Positions 48,101 to 57,190 of a DNA stretch of 64,000 nt are shown here, in pieces. The notes under the pieces are model-generated. The model ran no database searches and had not been told where the DNA came from. It saw only the letters and a list, made by a program, of their open reading frames with translations. How positions within the stretch are numbered: the stretch's first letter is position 1; each line of letters begins with the position of its first letter. Where the stretch lies: IMG/VR virus record IMGVR_UViG_3300013426_000019, positions 94,769 through 158,768 of that record; one strand, given 5' to 3'. The translations under genes were made by a program, and so were the position numbers. Source of the stretch: a virus (Duplodnaviria; Caudoviricetes).

Positions 48101-49211
48101 CTATAGGCTCTGCATTACCTGGATAATCTCTGAGATAGTATACTGTTCCAGCGGGTATATCTCTTAGGTCCTTAATACAATCCTTTACCTCAATATATTT
48201 AGGGCTACTTGAATCATTTGCATCGTAGTCTGGATTAGGTATCTTATAAGGCCCCCAGGTTAGGATATTAGTAACTTGACCCTCTGAGTTATCTTGATAC
48301 TTAAACACAAATAACTTGTAACCTGTGGCTGTATTATCTCTGTTAGGTATTAACAAGCATACATCTTGAGGTCTAAGCTTAATTAAGTATTGTGTATTGT
48401 TATCTTCAGGGTGAGTAATGAACGTGACACCAGATACTTTATAGTTTATTGCCTCATCATAATCAACGTCTATTACCCCTAATTTATTGAGTAATTTAAC
48501 TTCAGATACTGTACCTTTGACACTAAGGGTATCTTTTTGTATCTGTATGTATCTATTCTGTATAATATTGTCTGATTCAGCTTCTTCAACATCTATAGAC
48601 TGGATCTCGCATTGTATAGTTGCAGGTTCTATCTTAGTACTTCCAACATAGAACACACTAGGCGTGATTCCTCTATATATATACTCTATATGATCTTGCC
48701 CTAGCCATGGTGATACCTGTATATTAACTTCTGACGGCGTGCCTGTTGTATTGTAGAAGTGCTCAGCAGGAGCTTCACCCATTATAGCTCTGTTGATGAA
48801 GAACTTATCCTCTGAGTCTATTAGACTTAGAGCATTATTCACACCTTTAGGTGCTGCATATATAGATGTTGGATCTACCCTCTTACTACCTGTTGATTCG
48901 TCTATCTTATAAGTATACAATAAGCTTGTATTTGTGTTATCTAGGTAGTCTATTGTAGGTATAGCTTCAGTTATGTTGGCTCTCTGCTCCCCTGTTAAGA
49001 CTTTAAGGATTGTATGATAATCCCTTATCTTATTATTATACTTCGTGAACGAGAGCCTGAACCCTGATCCTCCTTCATATGTACCTTGCTCATCATATGT
49101 CTTAGTCCCAGAGTTACATATTACACCATCTTGTTCTAAGAGGTCTACTATGAACTTATGTGTTGCATAATTTGCATAATTACTTGTTAACTTTGCCATT
49201 TGCTCTCTCAC
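42192..49211 (-). CDS. giant (2339 aa) probable virion/baseplate-associated protein
   Basis: Distal gene of the baseplate operon; contains CILTCSRCLVQKSC Cys cluster. Confidence 0.6.
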   Translation of the reverse strand: MREQMAKLTSNYANYATHKFIVDLLEQDGVICNSGTKTYDEQGTYEGGSGFRLSFTKYNNKIRDYHTILKVLTGEQRANITEAIPTIDYLDNTNTSLLYTYKIDESTGSKRVDPTSIYAAPKGVNNALSLIDSEDKFFINRAIMGEAPAEHFYNTTGTPSEVNIQVSPWLGQDHIEYIYRGITPSVFYVGSTKIEPATIQCEIQSIDVEEAESDNIIQNRYIQIQKDTLSVKGTVSEVKLLNKLGVIDVDYDEAINYKVSGVTFITHPEDNNTQYLIKLRPQDVCLLIPNRDNTATGYKLFVFKYQDNSEGQVTNILTWGPYKIPNPDYDANDSSSPKYIEVKDCIKDLRDIPAGTVYYLRDYPGNAEPIEDTGNLEAIPETLLVEAEIVSTSDISNSVGNIESYWALKDAKYKAYMFRVATATSSEAMLTTRADNPIPEYLRRTGIYNIVRSFVTIENIYVAQASGLLDGLYEEPYKRSTAGDINTVTSWKFINDAIEASKKGVSIPVGTRYYKGHLLNRGTFNNAPLRLTSKDYENTTVKVGDKVIKGATRLDNGEIYEYKGKLTLAYDKLVNASGTLFDKYKVNNFTNFNLRALENVVTLNTLRDNSIGQAATTSLIYPSKFKEVFEAQESKPQQSIYQYIENSLQALKDNNDGTYTLNIDLTDTQGDSVYARTTKQATHTTITENTMVQTGEDKVGLFTYAPHYESKEVQRVIDGESINEAGTADLGRIYTEYSKNVAVKYTVTLGDISINQGNSIITDESTKRKEGVDISDIKIKLLSPYEALSPKGTTITIKDELSNNTREVPQGAYLVYPDYSDNLPNTLILMSRENLGLEEYKEDGTKTSQRSMISLLDDNSVISFKVSKIRKYQPSKIKQVYLKTPDQTITLSYPKGLYSTSIGRVSKIITGFKEVDYKINTAESGGGFNVTYTDGDESYNLGSLIEGDYALGDCRRKFRARLNESTGEYTPIESYAMTAVPQPVMLAANTVKNSDTDFEPGSSELKAKRDNNKDIIESSQKSKKIKNTDNSLEALINQVRDNFIVDNLEELDEVTSKDIQSSSRRVKRRTPGVANSTDMSRSGLVALISAKIDPTSGGTILGLRLRVPTYSIIMDEVEVSTGTLYDCYIYFLSPLELSLDNIKLYDQDDKPIGISISEPLCVTPMSWPSNYFKVNVKHNRDKSITNELVNKNDVDTLKNKKIIPGLPRFQSRADLERADVGGLNFRPIINMIYGESSSLNNSIKSILSNTCYDIFKNFKLSGLEDQTGTQNPLLMSEFPDLVDGLTQMRPVLNDLVRAGFDIPINDTTYKITDLDVQGLLGRIDTKSPYYSTEYEVITDTSKNNDGWEDKVGKEGYDEAFSEELANRIKNITFRPKEGATNILKERPSLKEMRDDISKALVSSGNLTRELCEKIDGYFGNNTKAFLSLGNPTAIALKEDKQILMSDVLIQEASKLDNAIVDVIYDMITQARLKAIGANTVQENLKAIYLDYYTADSVNAVFGTSVDYETLNDSEGLKIDFERIKNGSLAAFSAPELLDAFREAKQSLKTNNPNILSKFGARLSYTLDLVVGMFSGDTESAWIRRHMLTSDDATALKALTDTEYRERQLLIDALRVIIRERTFKRASTIMGSAKYSLPTREQVRAYLGSHNSQNSEGVNYFYNVLGEKEDPNNTGAAAVNIKLTTIVPTYDPNTNILTPNDSTEVGKVIQSNAKANSYAIIPLTIYSTSITDATVTVLEAIGSFIKSALEGTGSAPYYVKYVKGDKEPQGRSNSLYYRRYLMLNNRLNTSEGTLARLMPFVRDNIYNKNIENYANNLISSYDKYMNVVPVAKMNELAWLPAQDATNTNVKLPGKFYYKSEMEALRAEISNQCILTCSRCLVQKSCPFYSEEEIVKLYCTPAEYIDLYVKDNELDLLAYTSDTDESGLVTSYPDIRTEDSDGQTQSIPTEDLKKIHTPYRDIMVKTSNTNEVTSYQGQSLKDLREELGGAGGFNDATDGESMGWLLGARYGTVQKNNMAALANKDDDFKEFGVGVKIPEYQYLYDAIYIKDTESYIDYGVSDEAYDIAFEKGPADNKKKYVGKVKIKTPRALKAFTNSNPNDHLYLVSDDNTDESGNRIVPVIYLGQLKDIRYNFNMIMDPSKSCMTAADPNIYAADIAQWCANYYKGHLTKDPINDIDSDPSNPAKDPEVDKDQYWMPTLKKKIYRRDTTTNETLEEWITLEGRPRESTGYQEAVMSTEGLDEVMVAAGKPAILNYINFLRKVSFRMYAASKVVFDDAGNLNEEQAWCIPWVKGINSTGVKTLKDGSRISWDSQKAALAYMKTNLRLVIVKDISHSSYMS

Positions 49212-49212
49212 T

Positions 49213-50526
49213 TTACACTATATAGTCATATTCCTTTTTAGATATAGACTGTATAGATAATTCATCACCCACAGGGTTGATTCCTAAGTCCGAGTTTAAG
49301 ATTGTATCTAACATTGATCCTCTCGATGTTGTACTATCACTCCCTCTATTATTGATTCCTACTATATCTATTGTTGATAGGGATCCTAAGGCTGGTAAGT
49401 GTGCAGCCTCTCTTGCTCTAGCTATCGCGCCCTCAGAGCCATACATATAATTACGCACTACTTTGCTCATTAGGTTATTACGTAATATACTTCCTATCTG
49501 TGAGTTTAGACCATTCCCCTCATCATACTTAAATTGTGATAAGTCGTTTAAGGTTCCAAGAGTCTCTGAGAGGGCTTTGTCTATTGCACTCTCATAGTTT
49601 AAGCTCATTATAGTAGTCTGATAGAAGTCCTCATTGAACAACCCTTCTATTATATTATACCAGTCATTGTCTTTATATTTAGATAATACGGCCTCTCTTA
49701 CACTTATTGTCTTAAGTGCCCCCGTCAGCAATGAGGGTACCTGTATCTTAACCCCAAAGATTAACTTCTTAACAGGCTGTATTGTCATAGCTGCTAACTT
49801 CTGCATTTGTTGCTGCAGATACTCTGTTAACTGACTGCCTGCTAGACCTGCTGACGCACCCCCCGTTACCCAGGCACTTACTAGATTGACTGTTATAGTT
49901 ACCATAGGTATGGAGGCCTCTACTACCTTCATTATATTCTGAGCTGTATTGACCATCTCAGCCATAGTAGACAATACGCTACCATATGTTTGTACAGCTT
50001 TAAGGTTAGATACAGCAGATGTTAGAGAGGGATCACTTGTTATAGAGTTTAGAGCCTGCGTGCCTAAGTCGGACAAGCTACTTAACCAATTATCTCCTGA
50101 AGTTCCTAGTAGATAGTTAAGTAGGTTCTCGAGTTTAGAAGATAGAGTCTTAGTTGCATCTTTGAAGTTTACGGCGTAAGGAGCTACTTCCCCCATTAAG
50201 GCTCCTAAGGTTATATTGTCCTTAGTATTCCAGGCATCCTTGATTCTCTGTATCTTAGATTCTAAGAACGATAGTGAGGCACTTGCAGCAGCATCGGCTA
50301 CATCTGTATATTGATCAGCCTCAAAGATACCACTTGCATTATCCCCCAACGTTCTAAGTTGAGCTGCTACTCTCTTGTATCCTGAAGTTGCTGTTACTCC
50401 TATGTTAGATATGTCTGGGGCATCTATTCGAGATCCTTGTACTCCAAAGGCTTCCTGACTCCAACCCTCCGTTACTGTCTTAGATAGACTATTAGCTGCC
50501 CCTATTGTATTTGTCCACTCTGCCAT
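49213..50526 (-). CDS. probable virion structural protein
   Basis: Helical Ala/Ser-rich ORF in the baseplate operon. Confidence 0.55.
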   Translation of the reverse strand: MAEWTNTIGAANSLSKTVTEGWSQEAFGVQGSRIDAPDISNIGVTATSGYKRVAAQLRTLGDNASGIFEADQYTDVADAAASASLSFLESKIQRIKDAWNTKDNITLGALMGEVAPYAVNFKDATKTLSSKLENLLNYLLGTSGDNWLSSLSDLGTQALNSITSDPSLTSAVSNLKAVQTYGSVLSTMAEMVNTAQNIMKVVEASIPMVTITVNLVSAWVTGGASAGLAGSQLTEYLQQQMQKLAAMTIQPVKKLIFGVKIQVPSLLTGALKTISVREAVLSKYKDNDWYNIIEGLFNEDFYQTTIMSLNYESAIDKALSETLGTLNDLSQFKYDEGNGLNSQIGSILRNNLMSKVVRNYMYGSEGAIARAREAAHLPALGSLSTIDIVGINNRGSDSTTSRGSMLDTILNSDLGINPVGDELSIQSISKKEYDYIV

Positions 50527-50532
50527 CTTACT

Positions 50533-51207
50533 TTATGCCTTTACATATGATGATACAAAGCTACCTTCAGATGTTGAACCATTGGTTACTACTACTCCTG
50601 CAGATGGGTTTGTACCTAAGCCAACATATGGTGCTTGTAACTTAATCTCTGAGCCCGACATACTTACTCCTGTAGAGTCTATCTTAAGGGAGGTACCATT
50701 AGATACTCCTCCTATGTGTATGTAGAACTGTGTAGGTCTCATTATTAGGATTGAGCCTGAACTGTATGCTATGATTGTACCCCCAGTACTTCGCTCAATG
50801 AAGTGGATGCAATTAGAGTCCCAGTATGTAACCTTAATATCAGTGAACACTACTCGTTCACCTAGTAGCTGCGCTGTAACATCTGAGATCTTGTCTTGTA
50901 ATGACTCCTTGGGGATTGATAGTGGTATTGTTGTGCTACCTCGTGTTAGGGTATTGTAGTCATCCTCACTATAAGCTGCATAGTTAGCTAGACCTAATAT
51001 ATAACCGTTGTTGAACTCATCATCACATATACACCACACCAGCTCATTCTCTTTACCTGTATATAACTCGTCTCTGAAGAACGAAGGCCATATAGGGCAA
51101 TCTGCTGCCTCTAAGGTTTCCATGTGTGGGAGTATTCTAATTTGAAGTCTGCTGTTTGTGTTAGACGCAACACCTACTACTCTACCTATATATAATCCAT
51201 AGCTCAT
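50533..51207 (-). CDS. baseplate central spike (gp5/gpV-like OB fold plus beta-repeats)
   Basis: YIGRVV...RLQIRI...WP...LVW...YILG N-terminus; beta-rich C-terminus. Confidence 0.6.
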   Translation of the reverse strand: MSYGLYIGRVVGVASNTNSRLQIRILPHMETLEAADCPIWPSFFRDELYTGKENELVWCICDDEFNNGYILGLANYAAYSEDDYNTLTRGSTTIPLSIPKESLQDKISDVTAQLLGERVVFTDIKVTYWDSNCIHFIERSTGGTIIAYSSGSILIMRPTQFYIHIGGVSNGTSLKIDSTGVSMSGSEIKLQAPYVGLGTNPSAGVVVTNGSTSEGSFVSSYVKA

Positions 51208-51240
51208 ATTAAGTTAGTTGAGGCAGAAGAAGGCTCGGGC

Positions 51241-52365
51241 TTAATACCTTGCCAAGAACGCCGAGAACGTTGTAACTACTCCTCTATTAGTATATTGTCG
51301 CTCTATATGGTCTATAACATAACCCTTAGTTACAATCCTATCCTTAGTACTTGTATCATAGTTAGGGAGGACTACTCTTATTAGGGATCCTAGTGTCACT
51401 GCTCCTAGCCCTAGACTATCTACCTTGCCTTGCATCGTAAAGGTTGAGAGGTTGGCACTTAGATAATCCCGAGTAGCTATAGCCTCTGCATCATCTGGTG
51501 TATAACTCCAGTCATAATACTTAGCTGTAGGAGGCGTTGTTGTATATATATCCTTGTTGTTAGCCTCAGAGTTACTCAGAGATAGTGAGTTTGTAGGTGT
51601 CTGGGAGCTCGCAAAGGCTGCTACTGTAAAGTAAGCTGTTGTATTTGCTGAAGACGTTTGTGTTGAGGTCCATAACTTGTAATCCTTAAGTCTCATGTAT
51701 TGTGTTGCAGATTCAGCCATGGCTGCTTGTGTTATGTAACCTTGTTCAGCTGCGGCATCTGTTACAAAGGTGTACTTAACTTCTGAATTGAAGAAGTCCT
51801 TAAGACTCTTAAGATTAAGAGTGTTATTAGAGTCCGTATATAAGTATAGTGGGGTACCCTGTGATAGTCCATATCTTAAGATCCTCTTCATGTAAGCTTG
51901 AGGTGTCTCCGATATCCTGTAACGTTTATGAGGTGTATCTGTTGAGCTGTTGATACCAGCCTTCAGCCCTGTTGGCTCAAACTCTGACTTATATAGCAAT
52001 GCTATTATCTCGCTTACACTGCCGAAGTATGAGGCTGTGGCTATTGTAGAGTTATAGTACCAACTCGATATTAAGGTTATGTCTACTGTAGATGTTACTG
52101 TTGAACCTGCTTTGTAATTGTTGTTAACAGTTAGGACTCTCATGTTACTGATATACTCCAGGTTGTCTCTACGCAGGGTAACAACAGCTTCGGTACCTAT
52201 ATTAGCACTTAGAACCTTGTAGTATTGTTGTGCTATATCTGTTATGTTAAGTTTGACCCCGAAGTATAGCTTGTTGATATCCTCCACACAAGAGAACGAT
52301 GTAATTAGATCTTGTGGTAACTCACCTATGCTTAATAAGGGGAAGTTGATCTTGAATATTGCCAT
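51241..52365 (-). CDS. baseplate hub (gp27/gpD-like)
   Basis: Size and position; EDI...G.L.ITD start and GYVIDHIERQY end. Confidence 0.55.
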   Translation of the reverse strand: MAIFKINFPLLSIGELPQDLITSFSCVEDINKLYFGVKLNITDIAQQYYKVLSANIGTEAVVTLRRDNLEYISNMRVLTVNNNYKAGSTVTSTVDITLISSWYYNSTIATASYFGSVSEIIALLYKSEFEPTGLKAGINSSTDTPHKRYRISETPQAYMKRILRYGLSQGTPLYLYTDSNNTLNLKSLKDFFNSEVKYTFVTDAAAEQGYITQAAMAESATQYMRLKDYKLWTSTQTSSANTTAYFTVAAFASSQTPTNSLSLSNSEANNKDIYTTTPPTAKYYDWSYTPDDAEAIATRDYLSANLSTFTMQGKVDSLGLGAVTLGSLIRVVLPNYDTSTKDRIVTKGYVIDHIERQYTNRGVVTTFSAFLARY

Positions 52366-52367
52366 AC

Positions 52368-52688
52368 TTAATCGTTCCTCTTAGTGAAGGAGGATTGTAT
52401 ATCCCCTAACTCGGGGAAGTATACCTCATCATTGGGTTTAAGTAAGTTCTTGTGTGCTACGCCATTAAGAGTTAGTACGATGTCGTCGTATACTGCAGCA
52501 CCATATATTAAGCTAGCTTCATTCCAGAACTTAATAATCTTGGAGTCTGTCATTGTATCTTTAAGAGGTATCTTAGACATCTTGAAGTTAAGATAGTTTA
52601 GAGATAGAGGATCCGGATAATATGATCCTGATACCTCGTCTTGTACTACTCCTGATGTCATGAAGTCATATCTACTGTATGTTGCCAC
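52368..52688 (-). CDS. gp53/LysM-like baseplate protein
   Basis: IYG...DIVLTLNGV...L.P...YFP. Confidence 0.55.
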   Translation of the reverse strand: MATYSRYDFMTSGVVQDEVSGSYYPDPLSLNYLNFKMSKIPLKDTMTDSKIIKFWNEASLIYGAAVYDDIVLTLNGVAHKNLLKPNDEVYFPELGDIQSSFTKRND

Positions 52689-52702
52689 TTCTAATTACCC
52701 CC

Positions 52703-53785
52703 TTAATTGAGTCTGAACCTTGCAGCTAAGTTATCTTCACTGCCTGCTGATAGCGCTATTGGTATTATATTATAGCACTTAAGTGTTATTGTCCCCGATA
52801 CAGGATAACCATATTGATCTGTATCCGGAGAGAAGTCTACTGTAGCATCTCTAATTAGACACCTCTTCAGAGATAAGAACGTACCGAACTGCATCTCAAA
52901 GGTATAGTTCTCGTAGGATCTTGTTACTAGATCCTGTAAGTAACTACCCATCTTATCTAAGATGCCCTCCCCGCCCTCTGCATCAGTGGCTATCTCTGTA
53001 CTTGTGTTCTTGTTGGCTGCACCATTATCACTATCATCTTCCTTGCTAGATGTAAACCACTCCTTAGCAGCAGAATATGCATCTGTAAGAGCGTTAATGG
53101 TGTCGCCCGCTAGATTACCTATTATAGTTCCTAGTAGGGCCGCCCCTGTTGGGTAAGGGCCGTTAACTATAAAGTGATTTAGGTATTGGGGTAATACAGG
53201 TGCTAGTAAGTTTAAGATAGGTTTGGCTACCTCCTCCTTAGCATTCCAGATACCATACTTACCCATAGAGAACTTAAAGGTAAGGCTGAACTCTAACCCT
53301 TTAAGGGAGTCTTGAGCACTCCAACTTGGTACTTGTGCAACCCACGGTGTTAGCGATGTTGTTGTTTGAGTGCCACCAGTGCCTGTTAAACCTTGTATGA
53401 AGCCTCCCACAGCCTCTACCCCTGACCCTATAATATCGGAGATATTGGTGTTCTTGTCGAAGCCTAACTTACTTGCTACCGCAGAGATAGCCTTGGTCTT
53501 GCCAAGCCAATTACCAGCGGCGTTACCTGCAGCAGATATTATTGCCTGAAGAGGATACTTATCACTCCTGCCATTATCTATAGATATCTGTGGGAAGTTA
53601 TCTTCAATGTAAAGATCTATATTGTTGTTAACATTAAGAGCATCTAAGTTCTCAGAGGATCCTACTGCTAACTTCTTGTCTCTCCTATTAGTCAAGATGT
53701 ACCGTAGATTGCTCTTCCAGGTCTCATTTGTGCTAGCAGAACCGTTCCTCTTTATAGTTATTATTCTATTTGGATTAGGTCTCAT
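52703..53785 (-). CDS. tail tube initiator (gp48/gp54-like)
   Basis: FSLTFKF and CLIRDATVDFS...GYPVSGTITL tube-fold pattern. Confidence 0.55.
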   Translation of the reverse strand: MRPNPNRIITIKRNGSASTNETWKSNLRYILTNRRDKKLAVGSSENLDALNVNNNIDLYIEDNFPQISIDNGRSDKYPLQAIISAAGNAAGNWLGKTKAISAVASKLGFDKNTNISDIIGSGVEAVGGFIQGLTGTGGTQTTTSLTPWVAQVPSWSAQDSLKGLEFSLTFKFSMGKYGIWNAKEEVAKPILNLLAPVLPQYLNHFIVNGPYPTGAALLGTIIGNLAGDTINALTDAYSAAKEWFTSSKEDDSDNGAANKNTSTEIATDAEGGEGILDKMGSYLQDLVTRSYENYTFEMQFGTFLSLKRCLIRDATVDFSPDTDQYGYPVSGTITLKCYNIIPIALSAGSEDNLAARFRLN

Positions 53786-53801
53786 CTAATTATCCTCTTC
53801 A

Positions 53802-55823
53802 TTATCCTGGTATATTCAAACTTAAATCATCACTCTGTTGTTCACCTGTACTCACTACTACGGGGCTCGTATCCTTCTTGGATATTGAGTCTACATAGGT
53901 TGTTATTGTACTGAGGGTTGTGTTGATATCATTAAGAGTGCTTATTATACGTTGATTGTTCTCCTCTTGTGCATCTGAGGTTATTGTTGCCTTGGAGTCT
54001 AAGGAGAAGATCATACTCTGATACATACCATTGTTATCTAAGTTTGCCTTGATACTGTTAACTTGTGCCTTCAATAAGGTCTTTGTTAGATCTAAGATAC
54101 TCTCTTGCTTAATAGATCTTAAGGCCTCAGCACTTGGCATGTCACTGTCACTAAGTTCAAAGACCTTAGAGCTTATGGCTTTGAAGAATGTAGTAGGTTT
54201 GCTATTAGAGGTCTTGTCGTTCTGTAAATCCTTAAGGGCATCCTTGATGTACTTGTCACTCGCCTCTGAGGATACTTGTCCTAAAGAGTCAAAGTAAGAG
54301 GTTATGTAGCTTACTATACCTTGATCTCTGGCTTGTGTTACTACATCTGTTGTCTTAAGAGCTTCTATGTCTTGTGGATTAAGTAAGTCCGATATTAAGC
54401 TCTTAAGAGCCTTGGTATTACTATCATCTGTATCCCCACCAAACACACTTGCAAAGAAGTTCCTAACTGACTTACCTGCTGAAGTTGCTCCAGACTCCTT
54501 AACTTCCGAAGATGCCGCTGCCTGGGCTAATGCTTCGAAGTAGCTTCCTATGTAGGTTACTACACCTTGCTTCTTGGCATCCTTGATCTCATCCCAGCCT
54601 AATGCCTCACTAACTGTTACTTGAGTAATTAGGGCATCTGCTATATCTTTAAGGTTCTGATTAACCCCGGAATTTGTTGATAATCCAAATAGAGTACCTA
54701 AGAAGTTCGTGACTGACGTAGCGGCAGCCGCTGATACACTTGTAGCTAATGTGTCTATAGATTGTGACTTAGCTTGTGCTTTAAAGTATGCATCAATGTA
54801 GTATATTATACCGCTGTGTACTGCTGCATCTAGCTCACCTCTCTCGTCACCTTGCTTAATAGTATCAGTTGTCTGAGACTCTATAAGATCATTGACTATG
54901 GATTGTATGTGCTCATAAGACCTAGAAGGAGCTTGTATACCAAATATGCCACTAAATAAGCCCTTAATAAACCCATTAATTGAAGAGCCTATAGATGTAG
55001 CTAACCCCGTTGCAAAGGTGTTCGTAGCCATGATCGCTGTTTGTGTAGCGAAGTAAGTACTTAAGTAGGCAATCATACCTATCTTAACTGCCTTGCCTAC
55101 TGCCTCATCACCTGTATACATCTGAGCTGTTTGAGTATCTATGATAGCCTCAGTTATCTCCTTAAGCTTGTTGGAGGTCTTATCTGACTCAGTTGCTTTG
55201 CCAAATAGACTTGTGAAGAAGGATCTAACGGCCTTACCCGCTCCTTCACCTATGGCTTGTAATGTGCCCGATACTAACAACGAGGCTGATTGTTGTAGGA
55301 AGTATGCTTCAAGATATGCTATGAACCCTACCTTCTGGGCAGCTAGAACTGTCTTATCCTCTTTAAAGCTGCTTGCTGTTAAGTTCTGATTAAGCTCATC
55401 TATAATAGATTGCATGTGTGAGGTTGTATCGTCAGATACTCCCCCAAACAATCCCTTAACAATACCTGTCGCAACTGTTGCAGCTCCCGCTACGGCCAGC
55501 ATAGGCTTCAAGAGGCTTATTATGCTTGCAGTAGAATTATCACTGCTGCTCTTATTATCTTTGCTATTGTTAATGATAGTATCTAGGTCTTGATGCAGCA
55601 ATAAGAAGCCTGCAGGTATAACTGCATTTAAATTACCTGTAGCATTGATGATATCACTAACCTTAGGAGTTGAAGATACTGTAGGCTTAGAGGTCCAGAA
55701 GTTCTCAAGTCTCAGTAGAGTACTCTCAATAACAGCATTGAAGTCTGAATTAGAGACCTCTACTACTAACTTACTCTGTTCATCTGTTAATAGGCTGCTT
55801 ACGCCTTTAGGTGTGTCTGCCAC
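53802..55823 (-). CDS. tape-measure-like repeat protein
   Basis: Five roughly 80-aa helical repeats (G...Y(I/L)..YF); follows the chaperone genes. Confidence 0.55.
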   Translation of the reverse strand: MADTPKGVSSLLTDEQSKLVVEVSNSDFNAVIESTLLRLENFWTSKPTVSSTPKVSDIINATGNLNAVIPAGFLLLHQDLDTIINNSKDNKSSSDNSTASIISLLKPMLAVAGAATVATGIVKGLFGGVSDDTTSHMQSIIDELNQNLTASSFKEDKTVLAAQKVGFIAYLEAYFLQQSASLLVSGTLQAIGEGAGKAVRSFFTSLFGKATESDKTSNKLKEITEAIIDTQTAQMYTGDEAVGKAVKIGMIAYLSTYFATQTAIMATNTFATGLATSIGSSINGFIKGLFSGIFGIQAPSRSYEHIQSIVNDLIESQTTDTIKQGDERGELDAAVHSGIIYYIDAYFKAQAKSQSIDTLATSVSAAAATSVTNFLGTLFGLSTNSGVNQNLKDIADALITQVTVSEALGWDEIKDAKKQGVVTYIGSYFEALAQAAASSEVKESGATSAGKSVRNFFASVFGGDTDDSNTKALKSLISDLLNPQDIEALKTTDVVTQARDQGIVSYITSYFDSLGQVSSEASDKYIKDALKDLQNDKTSNSKPTTFFKAISSKVFELSDSDMPSAEALRSIKQESILDLTKTLLKAQVNSIKANLDNNGMYQSMIFSLDSKATITSDAQEENNQRIISTLNDINTTLSTITTYVDSISKKDTSPVVVSTGEQQSDDLSLNIPG

Positions 55824-55840
55824 AATTATATCTCCTCTCC

Positions 55841-56023
55841 TTAGACTCCCTGAGATGCTACACTTGCCCTGATCATATTAGCTAGAGTTGTGTATCTATT
55901 CTGGAAGTCGTGGAACTCCATATTATTAATCTCACTTAAACTTGTATTAAGTCTAAGCATCATCCCTGTCGTCATAGTCATCAGATCCTGATAACTGCAT
56001 GGCTTGAAGGATAACAGAGAGTC
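55841..56023 (-). CDS. gp51-like/GT extension (60 aa) in the +1 frame
   Basis: DSLLSFKP...LSEINNMEFHDFQNRYTTL...*; frame opens just before TTT CGA. Confidence 0.6.
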   Translation of the reverse strand, partial: DSLLSFKPCSYQDLMTMTTGMMLRLNTSLSEINNMEFHDFQNRYTTLANMIRASVASQGV

Positions 56024-57017
56024 GAAAGGGAAAGGCCTGCTTGACTACTTTGCCTGAAATTGGATTGAGCATGCTTACTTCAGGCTTAATCCCAAATCTC
56101 ATACTTTGTTGCTTAGTGTTAAGCTTGGCTATCATACCATAATCAAGTCTAGCTTCGTCCTTTAAGAGCTCGTACTTCTCTCCTACTGTTAAGTTGCTTA
56201 TGTCTTCACCATTGTAGTTGACTATTGATATAATCTTTGCCACTTCAGATAGAGTCTTGAGTCTCTCTGCTAAGTAGTCATTGTATGCCTTCTCTTCCTC
56301 AGGATCATAGTGTATCAACTTATCTACCAACTCTGTGTTGTCTGTATCACTCTTAAGTTGGTTTATAATATTCCAATTGAACTGTATCTTGCTCTTTATA
56401 CCTTTGAACTTAGCTTCTTCTTCAGCATAGTATGTGTCTAGCCAGTTCTTAATAACTAGCTGATCCTTGTAGTGTATATAGTCAAATATACAGTAGAACC
56501 CCGTCCTCTTGTTTGTAATTTTGATCTTAGAGGTAAAGTCCTCTGGGAGATCATATATTTCTACATCTTTAGATATATCTATGCAAGTTCTTGGTACCCA
56601 CTTCTTGGTCTTGACATCTTCTAATCTCTTAGGTGTTTGTTCCAGTATCTTGTAATCTTCTGGGCTTAAAGGATATGGGATGTCTTCTAACTTATTCTTG
56701 TAGAAGGTCTTGAAGATGTATAACATCAACTCCTCAACTTCCTTCTCATGCCAATCTCCCACGTCTACATCTTCATATATCATATTGTTTAAGATACTTA
56801 TAAGTCTAGCAGGTATCTCGGATTCTGAGGACATGGCTAACTCTACAATATCAGATACTTTGAAGTTCCTAACATGTACTACCTCTGGCGCACCTACCTT
56901 GCCCTGTGTAGATAGTCTAACCTCTATATAACCTACTGGGATAGTTTGTATGCTGTCTACCACCCTCTCTGAATTCCTTAATGTATTCAATATAATATTG
57001 TTATCTCTTAATCTCAT
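55953..57017 (-). CDS. baseplate hub/tail assembly chaperone (gp26-like)
   Basis: VRL...VHVRNFKVSD motif; upstream of the tape-measure-like gene. Confidence 0.6.
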   Translation of the reverse strand: MRLRDNNIILNTLRNSERVVDSIQTIPVGYIEVRLSTQGKVGAPEVVHVRNFKVSDIVELAMSSESEIPARLISILNNMIYEDVDVGDWHEKEVEELMLYIFKTFYKNKLEDIPYPLSPEDYKILEQTPKRLEDVKTKKWVPRTCIDISKDVEIYDLPEDFTSKIKITNKRTGFYCIFDYIHYKDQLVIKNWLDTYYAEEEAKFKGIKSKIQFNWNIINQLKSDTDNTELVDKLIHYDPEEEKAYNDYLAERLKTLSEVAKIISIVNYNGEDISNLTVGEKYELLKDEARLDYGMIAKLNTKQQSMRFGIKPEVSMLNPISGKVVKQAFPFRLSVILQAMQLSGSDDYDDRDDA

Positions 57018-57190
57018 ACTTCTGTTTATCTTAATCCTTCTTCTTCCTTTGCATTAGGCCCCCTAGAGGCTTAATATAATTAGTTTATAGGGCGATTTGT
57101 TTGGACAATTTATGCATTTTTTTTTGATAGAGCTTGAACTAATTTAATAATTAAATTATTATTATATTGTTAATAAGGAGTATATAAGTT

